Part shown: one piece after another, positions 1 through 12,300 of the stretch
Position numbering within the stretch: position 1 is the stretch's first letter
Layout: each line of letters opens with the position of its first letter
Source: Lytechinus pictus
Taxonomy: Eukaryota
Direction of reading: 5' to 3'
NCBI RefSeq assembly: GCF_037042905.1
Contig: NC_087245.1
Location: 44,270,001 to 44,300,000, forward strand
DNA: 30,000 bases
Position numbers and translations under genes: made by a program
The notes under the pieces: model-generated
What the model was told of the DNA's origin: nothing
What the model saw: the letters and a program-made list of their open reading frames with translations, nothing else
The model's database searches: none

Positions 1-389
1 CCAGTCGCCTTGGGGCCATTGCATGCAGGCATGTCCGCATATGGGAATGATACGATGTAATATCGATGTGGCAGATATGGCAAGTTCCGACTCGGAGTCC
101 TCGTATAAGACACGGTAGAAGTCCGGATCTATTCTAAGTTAGTTGAGCCACATGGCTGATTTGCTTGTTTGTTATGTTAAAACAGTAGTCGAGTACATTT
201 TATTTTAAGGCACTTAATTGCCGGCTTAAAACGAAACTCGAATTTCAATTTCATTTTATTTTCCCTGCATGTCTGTCCCATTGAAGACACCGTTAAAAAA
301 AAATTGCACCCAAAATTAAAAAAAATCGCCAAAAATTCAAAACGCGAGTGATTACGAACCAGCACGCGACGCGAGTGATTACAAACTGC

Positions 390-3300
390 CATCCTACCTG
401 CCTATATGTAGCACGACAATGGATGCAATGTAGGGCCAAACATCCTATAATGCAAAATTGTAGATAAGCATAGTGTGCATATCTGGATGCAAGTACTGCC
501 CACAATTATAAATACCAGATTCACACAAGTTAAATAAAAAGAAATGAGAATTAACATACAAGCGTACTATACATTCACATCTTCCTATGACAAGGGGTGT
601 AAGAGAGAGATAGGGAGAGAGGGGATTAGATGGCTTGTATTCTAAAGGAATGGGGACTAGTCTGGCTAGAAATAAGTAAAAGTTAGAACAAGATAGCAGT
701 AGCACTCATTCTCAGCCACCCCCCCCCCCCCAGACATACTCACCATGCTTTTCTCCCCCTCCCCCCTCCCTTTTGAATCCACCACTATTCAGTCAAATTC
801 TAAAGTTCTCTGTTCTCACAATTGCAATTGATCAAAGCCTATCTAATGTTTAGTATCCTGTAATGGGTGCTATACACGAATACAGCAGTGCTCGTTGGTA
901 TACAAAAACACACGAAAACATGCAACGCAGAGGTAACATTAGCCTACACAGCCTAGCCTAGCCTCGTTATACAAACACAGATGATCTACTAATCACAATT
1001 TGTTTCCTGATATACCCCCTCTGTAGCCTTGAACATAACCATCAAGTTCAGTTTTTGGACCTCTTGATGGCTGAAACATGCATACTAGTGAAAATAATTT
1101 GATACTGAAGAGTTTGGGCTGGTGTTTCATCCACTAGGGAATTCCCCTTGTAATATAGGCCTAGTCTTGGTTGTATTATATGGCACATGAAGGTTTCTTT
1201 TTTTATTTAACTTCCTGGCTTTTCTTTAACATCTGTACACTCACTTTATCACAAAGAAATGCATGAAATATACAGATGTGTTATGTAATGACCAATTTTA
1301 ATGTTACTCCTATAGTCTACTGCCCTATGGATTTACACACATCCTACCTGCCTATATGTAGCTCGACAATGGATGCAATGTAGGGCCAAACAATTGAACA
1401 TCCTATAATGCAAAATTGTAGATATGCATAGTGTGCATATCTGGATGCAAGTACTGCCCACAATTATAAATACAAGATTCACACGAGTTAAATTTGATTA
1501 CAATAAAAAGAAATGAGAATTAACATACAAGCGTACTATACATTCACATCTTCCTATGACAGGGGGTGTAAGAGAGAGATAGGGAGAGAGGGGGTTAGAT
1601 GGCTTGTATTCTAAAGGAATGGGGACTAGTCTTGCTAGAAATAAGTAAACGTTAGAACAAGATAGCAGTAGCACTCATTCTCAGCCACCCCCCCCCCCAG
1701 ACATACTTACCATGCTTTTCTCCCCCTCCCCCCTCCCTCTTGAATCCACCACTATTCAGTCAAATTCTAAAGTTCTCTGTTCTCCATCCCTTTCCCATGA
1801 ACCAATTTCACAATTGCAATTGATCAAAGCCTATCTAATGTTTAGTATCCTGTAATGGGTGCTATACACGAATACAGCAGTGCTCGTTGGTATACAAAAA
1901 CACACGAAAACATGCAACGCAGACGTAACATTAGCCTACACAGCCTAGCCTAGCCTCGGTATACAAACACAGATGATCTACTAATCACAATTTGTTACCT
2001 GATATACCCCCTCTGTAGCCTTGAACATAACCATCAAGTTCAGTTTTTGGACCTCTTGATGGCTGAAACATGCATACTAGTGAAAATAATTTGATACTGA
2101 AGAGTTTGGGCTGGTGTTTCATCCACTAGGGAATTCCCCTTGTCATAGACCTAATCTTGGTTGTATTATATGGCACATGAAGGTTTCTTTTTTTATTTAA
2201 CTTCCTGGCTTTTCTTTAACATCTGAACACTTACTTTATCACAAAGAAATGCATGAAATATACAGATGTGTTATGTAATGACCAATTTTAATGTTACTCC
2301 TATAGTCTAGTGCCCTATGGATTTACACACATCCTACCTGCCTATATGTAGCTCGACATTGGATGCAATGTAGGGCCAAACAATTGAACATCCTATAATG
2401 CAAAATTGTAGATATGCATAGTGTGCATATCTGGATGCAAGTACTGCCCACAATTATAAATACAAGATTCACACGAGTTAAATTTGATTACAATAAAAAG
2501 AAATGAGAATTAACATACAAGCGTACTATACATTCACATCTTCCTATGACAGGGGGTGTAAGAGAGAGATAGGGAGAGAGGGGGTTAGATGGCTTGTATT
2601 CTAAAGGAATGGGGACTAGTCTGGCTAGAAATAAGTAAAAGTTAGAACAAGATAGCAGTAGCACTCATTCTCAGCCACCCCCCCCCCCCCCCAGACATAC
2701 TTACCATGCTTTTCTCCCCCTCCCCCCTCCCTCTTGAATCCACCACTATTCAGTCAAATACTAAAGTTCTCTGTTCTCCATCCCTTTCCCATGAACCAAT
2801 TTCACAATTGCAATTGATCAAAGCCTATCTAATGTTTAGTATCCTGTAATGGGTGCTTTACACGAATACAGCAGTGCTCGTTGGTATACAAAAACACACG
2901 AAAACATGCAACGCAGAGGTAATATTAGCCTACACAGCCTAGCCTAGCCTCGGTATACAAACACACATGATCTACTAATCAAAATTAGTTACCTGATATA
3001 CCCCCTCTGTAGCCTTGAACATAACCATTTAGTTCAGTTTATGGACCTCTTGATGGCTGAAACATGCATACTAGTGAAAATAATTTGCTACTGAAGAGTT
3101 TGGGCTGGTGTTTCATCCACTAGGGAATTCCCCTTGTAATATAGGCCTAGTCTTGGTTGTATTATATGGCACATGAAGGTTTCTTTTTTATTTAACTTCC
3201 TGGCTTTTCTTTAACATCTGTACACTCACTTTATCACAAAGAAATGCATGAAATATACAGATGCGTTATGTAATGACCAATTTTAATGTTACTCCTATGG

Positions 3301-6300
3301 TCTAGTGCCCTATGGATTTACACACATCCTATCTGCCTATATGTAGCTCGACAATGGATGCAATGTAGGGCCAAACAATTTAACATCCTATAATGCAAAA
3401 TTGTAGATATGCATAGTGTGCATATCTGGATGCAAGTACTGCCCACAATTATAAATACAAGATTCACACGAGTTAAATTTGATAACAATAAAAAGAAATG
3501 AGAATTAACATACAAGCGTACTATACATTCACATCTTCCTATGACAAGGGGTGTAAGAGAGAGGGGGTTAGATGGCTTGTATTCTAAAGGAATGGGGACT
3601 AGTCTGGCTAGAAATAAGTAAAAGTTAGAACAAGATAGCAGTAGCACTCATTCTCAGCCACCCCCCCCCCCCAGACATACTCACCATGCTTTTCTCCCCC
3701 TCCCTCTTGAATCCACCACTATTCAGTCAAATTCTAAAGTTCTCTGTTCTCCATCCCTTTCCCATGAACCAATTTCACAATTGCAATTGATCAAAGCCTA
3801 TCTAATGTTTAGTATCCTGTAATGGGTGCTATACACGAATACAGCAGTGCTCGTTGGTATACAAAAACACACGAAAACATGCAACGCAGACGTAACATTA
3901 GCCTACACAGCCTAGCCTAGCCTCGGTATACAAACACAGATGATCTACTAATCACAATTTGTTACCTGATATACCCCCTCTGTAGCCTTGAACATAACCA
4001 TCAAGTTCAGTTTTTGGACCTCTTGATGGCTGAAACATGCATACTAGTGAAAATAATTTGATACTGAAGAGTTTGGGCTGGTGTTTCATCCACTAGGGAA
4101 TTCCCCTTGTAATAGACCTAATCTTGGTTGTATTATATGGCACATGAAGGTTTCTTTTTTTATTTAACTTCCTGGCTTTTCTTTAACATCTGAACACTTA
4201 CTTTATCACAAAGAAATGCATGAAATATACAGATGTGTTATGTAATGACCAATTTTAATGTTACTCCTATAGTCTAGTGCCCTATGGATTTACACACATC
4301 CTACCTGCCTATATGTAGCTCGACATTGGATGCAATGTAGGGCCAAACAATTGAACATCCTATAATGCAAAATTGTAGATATGCATAGTGTGCATATCTG
4401 GATGCAAGTACTGCCCACAATTATAAATACAAGATTCACACGAGTTAAATATGATAACAATAAAAAGAAATGAGAATTAACATACAAGCGTACTATACAT
4501 TCACATCTTCCTATGACAAGGGGTGTAAGAGAGAGGGGGTTAGATGGCTTGTATTCTAAAGGAATGGGGACTAGTCTGGCTAGAAATAAGTAAAAGTTAG
4601 AACAAGATAGCAGTAGCACTCATTCTCAGCCACCCCCCCCCCCCAGACATACTCACCATGCTTTTCTCCCCCTCCCCCCTCCCTTTTGAATCCACCATTA
4701 TTCAGTCAAATTCTAAAGTTCTCTGTTCTCCATCCCTTTCCCATGAACCAATTTCACAATTGCAATTGATCAAAGCCTATCTAATGTTTAGTGTCCTGTA
4801 ATGGGTGCTATACACGAATACAGCAGTGCTCGTTGGTATACAAAAACACACAAAAACACGCAACGCAGAGGTAACATTAGCCTACACAGCCTAGCCTAGC
4901 CTCGTTATACAAACACAGATGATCTACTAATCACAATTTGTTTCCTGATATACCCCCTCTGTAGCCTTGAACATAACCATCAAGTTCAGTTTTTGGACCT
5001 CTTGATGGCTGAAACATGCATACTAGTGAAAATAATTTGATACTGAAGAGTTTGGGCTGGTGTTTCATCCACTAGGGAATTCCCCTTGTAATATAGGCCT
5101 AGTCTTGGTTGTATTATATGGCACATGAAGGTTTCTTTTTTTATTTAACTTCCTGGCTTTTCTTTAACATCTGTACACTCACTTTATCACAAAGAAATGC
5201 ATGAAATATACAGATGCGTTATGTAATGACCAATTTTAATGTTACTCCTATGGTCTAGTGCCCTATGGATTTACACACATCCTATCTGCCTATATGTAGC
5301 TCGACAATGGATGCAATGTAGGGCCAAACAATTGAACATCCTATAATGCAAAATTGTAGATATGCATAGTGTGCATATCTGGATGCAAGTACTGCCCACA
5401 ATTATAAATACAAGATTCACACGAGTTAAATTTGATAACAATAAAAAGAAATGAGAATTAACATACAAGCGTACTATACATTCACATCTTCCTATGACAA
5501 GGGGTGTAAGAGAGAGGGGGTTAGATGGCTTGTATTCTAAAGGAATGGGGACTAGTCTGGCTAGAAATAAGTAAAAGTTAGAACAAGATAGCAGTAGCAC
5601 TCATTCTCAGCCACCCCCCCCCCCCCCCAGACATACTCACCATGCTTTTCTCCCCCTCCCTCTTGAATCCACCACTATTCAGTCAAATTCTAAAGTTCTC
5701 TGTTCTCCATCCCTTTCCCATGAACCAATTTCACAATTGCAATTGATCAAAGCCTATCTAATGTTTAGTGTCCTGTAATGGGTGCTATACACGAATACAG
5801 CAGTGCTCGTTGGTATACAAAAACACACAAAAACATGCAACGCAGAGGTAACATTAGCCTACACAGCCTAGCCTAGCCTCGTTATACAAACACAGATGAT
5901 CTACTAATCACAATTTGTTTCCTGATATACCCCCTCTGTAGCCTTGAACATAACCATCAAGTTCAGTTTTTGGACCTCTTGATGGCTGAAACATGCATAC
6001 TAGTGAAAATAATTTGATACTGAAGAGTTTGGGCTGGTGTTTCATCCACTAGGGAATTCCCCTTGTAATATAGGCCTAGTCTTGGTTGTATTATATGGCA
6101 CATGAAGGTTTCTTTTTTTATTTAACTTCCTGGCTTTTCTTTAACATCTGTACACTCACTTTATCACAAAGAAATGCATGAAATATACAGATGTGTTATG
6201 TAATGACCAATTTTAATGTTACTCCTATAGTCTACTGCCCTATGGATTTACACACATCCTACCTGCCTATATGTAGCTCGACAATGGATGCAATGTAGGG

Positions 6301-9300
6301 CCAAACAATTGAACATCCTATAATGCAAAATTGTAGATATGCATAGTGTGCATATCTGGATGCAAGTACTGCCCACAATTATAAATACAAGATTCACACG
6401 AGTTAAATTTGATTACAATAAAAAGAAATGAGAATTAACATACAAGCGTACTATACATTCACATCTTCCTATGACAGGGGGTGTAAGAGAGAGATAGGGA
6501 GAGAGGGGGTTAGATGGCTTGTATTCTAAAGGAATGTGGACTAGTCTGGCTAGAAATAAGTAAAAGTTAGAACAAGATAGCAGTAGCACTCATTCTCAGC
6601 CACCCCCCCCCCCCCAGACATACTCACCATGCTTTTCTCCCCCTCCCTCTTGAATCCACCACTATTCAGTCAAATTCTAAAGTTCTCTGTTCTCCATCCC
6701 TTTCCCATGAACCAATTTCACAATTGCAATTGATCAAAGCCTATCTAATGTTTAGTGTCCTGTAATGGGTGCTATACACGAATACAGCAGTGCTCGTTGG
6801 TATACAAAAACACACAAAAACATGCAACGCAGAGGTAACATTAGCCTACACAGCCTAGCCTAGCCTCGTTATACAAACACAGATGATCTACTAATCACAA
6901 TTTGTTTCCTGATATACCCCCTCTGTAGCCTTGAACATAACCATCAAGTTCAGTTTTTGGACCTCTTGATGGCTGAAACATGCATACTAGTGAAAATAAT
7001 TTGATACTGAAGAGTTTGGGCTGGTGTTTCATCCACTAGGGAATTCCCCTTGTAATATAGGCCTAGTCTTGGTTGTATTATATGGCACATGAAGGTTTCT
7101 TTTTTTATTTAACTTCCTGGCTTTTCTTTAACATCTGTACACTCACTTTATCACAAAGAAATGCATGAAATATACAGATGTGTTATGTAATGACCAATTT
7201 TAATGTTACTCCTATAGTCTACTGCCCTATGGATTTACACACATCCTACCTGCCTATATGTAGCTCGACAATGGATGCAATGTAGGGCCAAACAATTGAA
7301 CATCCTATAATGCAAAATTGTAGATATGCATAGTGTGCATATCTGGATGCAAGTACTGCCCACAATTATAAATACAAGATTCACACGAGTTAAATTTGAT
7401 TACAATAAAAAGAAATGAGAATTAACATACAAGCGTACTATACATTCACATCTTCCTATGACAGGGGGTGTAAGAGAGAGATAGGGAGAGAGGGGGTTAG
7501 ATGGCTTGTATTCTAAAGGAATGTGGACTAGTCTGGCTAGAAATAAGTAAAAGTTAGAACAAGATAGCAGTAGCACTCATTCTCAGCCACCCCCCCCCCA
7601 GACATACTTACCATTCATTTCTCCCCCTCCCCCCTCCCTCTTGAATCCACCACTATTCAGTCAAATTCTAAAGTTCTCTGTTCTCCATCCCTTTCCCATG
7701 AACCAATTTCACAATTGCAATTGATCAAAGCCTATCTAATGTTTAGTATCCTGTAATGGGTGCTATACACGAATACAGCAGTGCTCGTTGGTATACAAAA
7801 ACACACGAAAACATGCAACGCAGACGTAACATTAGCCTACACAGCCTAGCCTAGCCTCGGTATACAAACACAGATGATCTACTAATCACAATTTGTTACC
7901 TGATATACCCCCTCTGTAGCCTTGAACATAACCATCAAGTTCAGTTTTTGGACCTCTTGATGGCTGAAACATGCATACTAGTGAAAATAATTTGATACTG
8001 AAGAGTTTGGGCTGGTGTTTCATCCACTAGGGAATTCCCCTTGTAATAGACCTAATCTTGGTTGTATTATATGGCACATGAAGGTTTCTTTTTTTATTTA
8101 ACTTCCTGGCTTTTCTTTAACATCTGAACACTTACTTTATCACAAAGAAATGCATGAAATATACAGATGTGTTATGTAATGACCAATTTTAATGTTACTC
8201 CTATAGTCTAGTGCCCTATGGATTTACACACATCCTACCTGCCTATATGTAGCTCGACATTGGATGCAATGTAGGGCCAAACAATTGAACATCCTATAAT
8301 GCAAAATTGTAGATATGCATAGTGTGCATATCTGGATGCAAGTACTGCCCACAATTATAAATACAAGATTCACACGAGTTAAATTTGATAACAATAAAAA
8401 GAAATGAGAATTAACATACAAGCGTACTATACATTCACATCTTCCTATGACAAGGGGTGTAAGAGAGAGGGGGTTAGATGGCTTGTATTCTAAAGGAATG
8501 GGGACTAGTCTGGCTAGAAATAAGTAAAAGTTAGAACAAGATAGCAGTAGCACTCATTCTCAGCCACCCCCCCCCCCAGACATACTCACCATGCTTTTCT
8601 CCCCCTCCCCCCTCCCTTTTGAATCCACCATTATTCAGTCAAATTCTAAAGTTCTCTGTTCTCCATCCCTTTCCCATGAACCAATTTCACAATTGCAATT
8701 GATCAAAGCCTATCTAATGTTTAGTGTCCTGTAATGGGTGCTATACACGAATACAGCAGTGCTCGTTGGTATACAAAAACACACAAAAACATGCAACGCA
8801 GAGGTAACATTAGCCTACACAGCCTAGCCTAGCCTCGTTATACAAACACAGATGATCTACTAATCACAATTTGTTTCCTGATATACCCCCTCTGTAGCCT
8901 TGAACATAACCATCAAGTTCAGTTTTTGGACCTCTTGATGGCTGAAACATGCATACTAGTGAAAATAATTTGATACTGAAGAGTTTGGGCTGGTGTTTCA
9001 TCCACTAGGGAATTCCCCTTGTAATATAGGCCTAGTCTTGGTTGTATTATATGGCACATGAAGGTTTCTTTTTTTATTTAACTTCCTGGCTTTTCTTTAA
9101 CATCTGTACACTCACTTTATCACAAAGAAATGCATGAAATATACAGATGTGTTATGTAATGACCAATTTTAATGTTACTCCTATAGTCTACTGCCCTATG
9201 GATTTACACACATCCTACCTGCCTATATGTAGCTCGACAATGGATGCAATGTAGGGCCAAACAATTGAACATCCTATAATGCAAAATTGTAGATATGCAT

Positions 9301-12300
9301 AGTGTGCATATCTGGATGCAAGTACTGCCCACAATTATAAATACAAGATTCACACGAGTTAAATTTGATTACAATAAAAAGAAATGAGAATTAACATACA
9401 AGCGTACTATACATTCACATCTTCCTATGACAGGGGGTGTAAGAGAGAGATAGGGAGAGAGGGGGTTAGATGGCTTGTATTCTAAAGGAATGGGGACTAG
9501 TCTGGCTAGAAATAAGTAAAAGTTAGAACAAGATAGCAGTAGCACTCATTCTCAGCCACCCCCCCCCCCCAGACATACTTACCATGCTTTTCTCCCCCTC
9601 CCCCCTCCCTCTTGAATCCACCACTATTCAGTCAAATTCTAAAGTTCTCTGTTCTCCATCCCTTTCCCATGAACCAATTTCACAATTGCAATTGATCAAA
9701 GCCTATCTAATGTTTAGTATCCTGTAATGGGTGCTATACACGAATACAGCAGTGCTCGTTGGTATACAAAAACACACGAAAACATGCAACGCAGAGGTAA
9801 CATTAGCCTACACAGCCTAGCCTAGCCTCGGTATACAAACACAGATGATCTACTAATCACAATTTGTTACCTGATATACCCCCTCTGTAGCCTTGAACAT
9901 AACCATCAAGTTCAGTTTTTGGACCTCTTGATGGCTGAAACATGCATACTAGTGAAAATAATTTGATACTGAAGAGTTTGGGCTGGTGTTTCATCCACTA
10001 GGGAATTCCCCTTGTAATAGACCTAATCTTGGTTGTATTATATGGCACATGAAGGTTTCTTTTTTTATTTAACTTCCTGGCTTTTCTTTAACATCTGAAC
10101 ACTTACTTTATCACAAAGAAATGCATGAAATATACAGATGTGTTATGTAATGACCAATTTTAATGTTACTCCTATAGTCTAGTGCCCTATGGATTTACAC
10201 ACATCCTACCTGCCTATATGTAGCTCGACATTGGATGCAATGTAGGGCCAAACAATTGAACATCCTATAATGCAAAATTGTAGATATGCATAGTGTGCAT
10301 ATCTGGATGCAAGTACTGCCCACAATTATAAATACAAGATTCACACGAGTTAAATTTGATTACAATAAAAAGAAATGAGAATTAACATACAAGCGTACTA
10401 TACATTCACATCTTCCTATGACAGGGGGTGTAAGAGAGAGATAGGGAGAGAGGGGGTTAGATGGCTTGTATTCTAAAGGAATGGGGACTAGTCTGGCTAG
10501 AAATAAGTAAAAGTTAGAACAAGATAGCAGTAGCACTCATTCTCAGCCACCCCCCCCCCCCCAGACATACTTACCATGCTTTTCTCCCCCTCCCCCCTCC
10601 CTCTTGAATCCACCACTATTCAGTCAAATACTAAAGTTCTCTGTTCTCCATCCCTTTCCCATGAACCAATTTCACAATTGCAATTGATCAAAGCCTATCT
10701 AATGTTTAGTATCCTGTAATGGGTGCTTTACACGAATACAGCAGTGCTCGTTGGTATACAAAAACACACGAAAACATGCAACGCAGAGGTAATATTAGCC
10801 TACACAGCCTAGCCTAGCCTCGGTATACAAACACACATGATCTACTAATCAAAATTAGTTACCTGATATACCCCCTCTGTAGCCTTGAACATAACCATTT
10901 AGTTCAGTTTATGGACCTCTTGATGGCTGAAACATGCATACTAGTGAAAATAATTTGCTACTGAAGAGTTTGGGCTGGTGTTTCATCCACTAGGGAATTC
11001 CCCTTGTAATATAGGCCTAGTCTTGGTTGTATTATATGGCACATGAAGGTTTCTTTTTTATTTAACTTCCTGGCTTTTCTTTAACATCTGTACACTCACT
11101 TTATCACAAAGAAATGCATGAAATATACAGATGCGTTATGTAATGACCAATTTTAATGTTACTCCTATGGTCTAGTGCCCTATGGATTTACACACATCCT
11201 ATCTGCCTATATGTAGCTCGACAATGGATGCAATGTAGGGCCAAACAATTGAACATCCTATAATGCAAAATTGTAGATATGCATAGTGTGCATATCTGGA
11301 TGCAAGTACTGCCCACAATTATAAATACAAGATTCACACGAGTTAAATTTGATAACAATAAAAAGAAATGAGAATTAACATACAAGCGTACTATACATTC
11401 ACATCTTCCTATGACAAGGGGTGTAAGAGAGAGGGGGTTAGATGGCTTGTATTCTAAAGGAATGGGGACTAGTCTGGCTAGAAATAAGTAAAAGTTAGAA
11501 CAAGATAGCAGTAGCACTCATTCTCAGCCACCCCCCCCCCCCCCCCAGACATACTCACCATGCTTTTCTCCCCCTCCCCCCTCCCTCTTGAATCCACCAC
11601 TATTCAGTCAAATTCTAAAGTTCTCTGTTCTCCATCCCTTTCCCATGAACCAATTTCACAATTGCAATTGATCAAAGCCTATCTAATGTTTAGTGTCCTG
11701 TAATGGGTGCTATACACGAATACAGCAGTGCTCGTTGGTATACAAAAACACACAAAAACATGCAACGCAGAGGTAACATTAGCCTACACAGCCTAGCCTA
11801 GCCTCGTTATACAAACACAGATGATCTACTAATCACAATTTGTTTCCTGATATACCCCCTCTGTAGCCTTGAACATAACCATCAAGTTCAGTTTTTGGAC
11901 CTCTTGATGGCTGAAACATGCATACTAGTGAAAATAATTTGATACTGAAGAGTTTGGGCTGGTGTTTCATCCACTAGGGAATTCCCCTTGTAATATAGGC
12001 CTAGTCTTGGTTGTATTATATGGCACATGAAGGTTTCTTTTTTTATTTAACTTCCTGGCTTTTCTTTAACATCTGTACACTCACTTTATCACAAAGAAAT
12101 GCATGAAATATACAGATGTGTTATGTAATGACCAATTTTAATGTTACTCCTATAGTCTACTGCCCTATGGATTTACACACATCCTACCTGCCTATATGTA
12201 GCTCGACAATGGATGCAATGTAGGGCCAAACAATTGAACATCCTATAATGCAAAATTGTAGATATGCATAGTGTGCATATCTGGATGCAAGTACTGCCCA

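Noticed and set aside
9575..9590. U1 snRNA tandem gene array (ATACTTACC in ~1-kb repeats)
   Set aside because: Only the first 9 nt match U1. There are no U1 stem-loops or Sm site downstream, and about half the units read ATACTCACC.
9890..10000. Hammerhead ribozyme or retrozyme in the satellite unit (CTGAAGAG, GAAAC)
   Set aside because: The core motifs are not in the required order around a stem II, and I could not build stems I and III with an NUH cleavage site.
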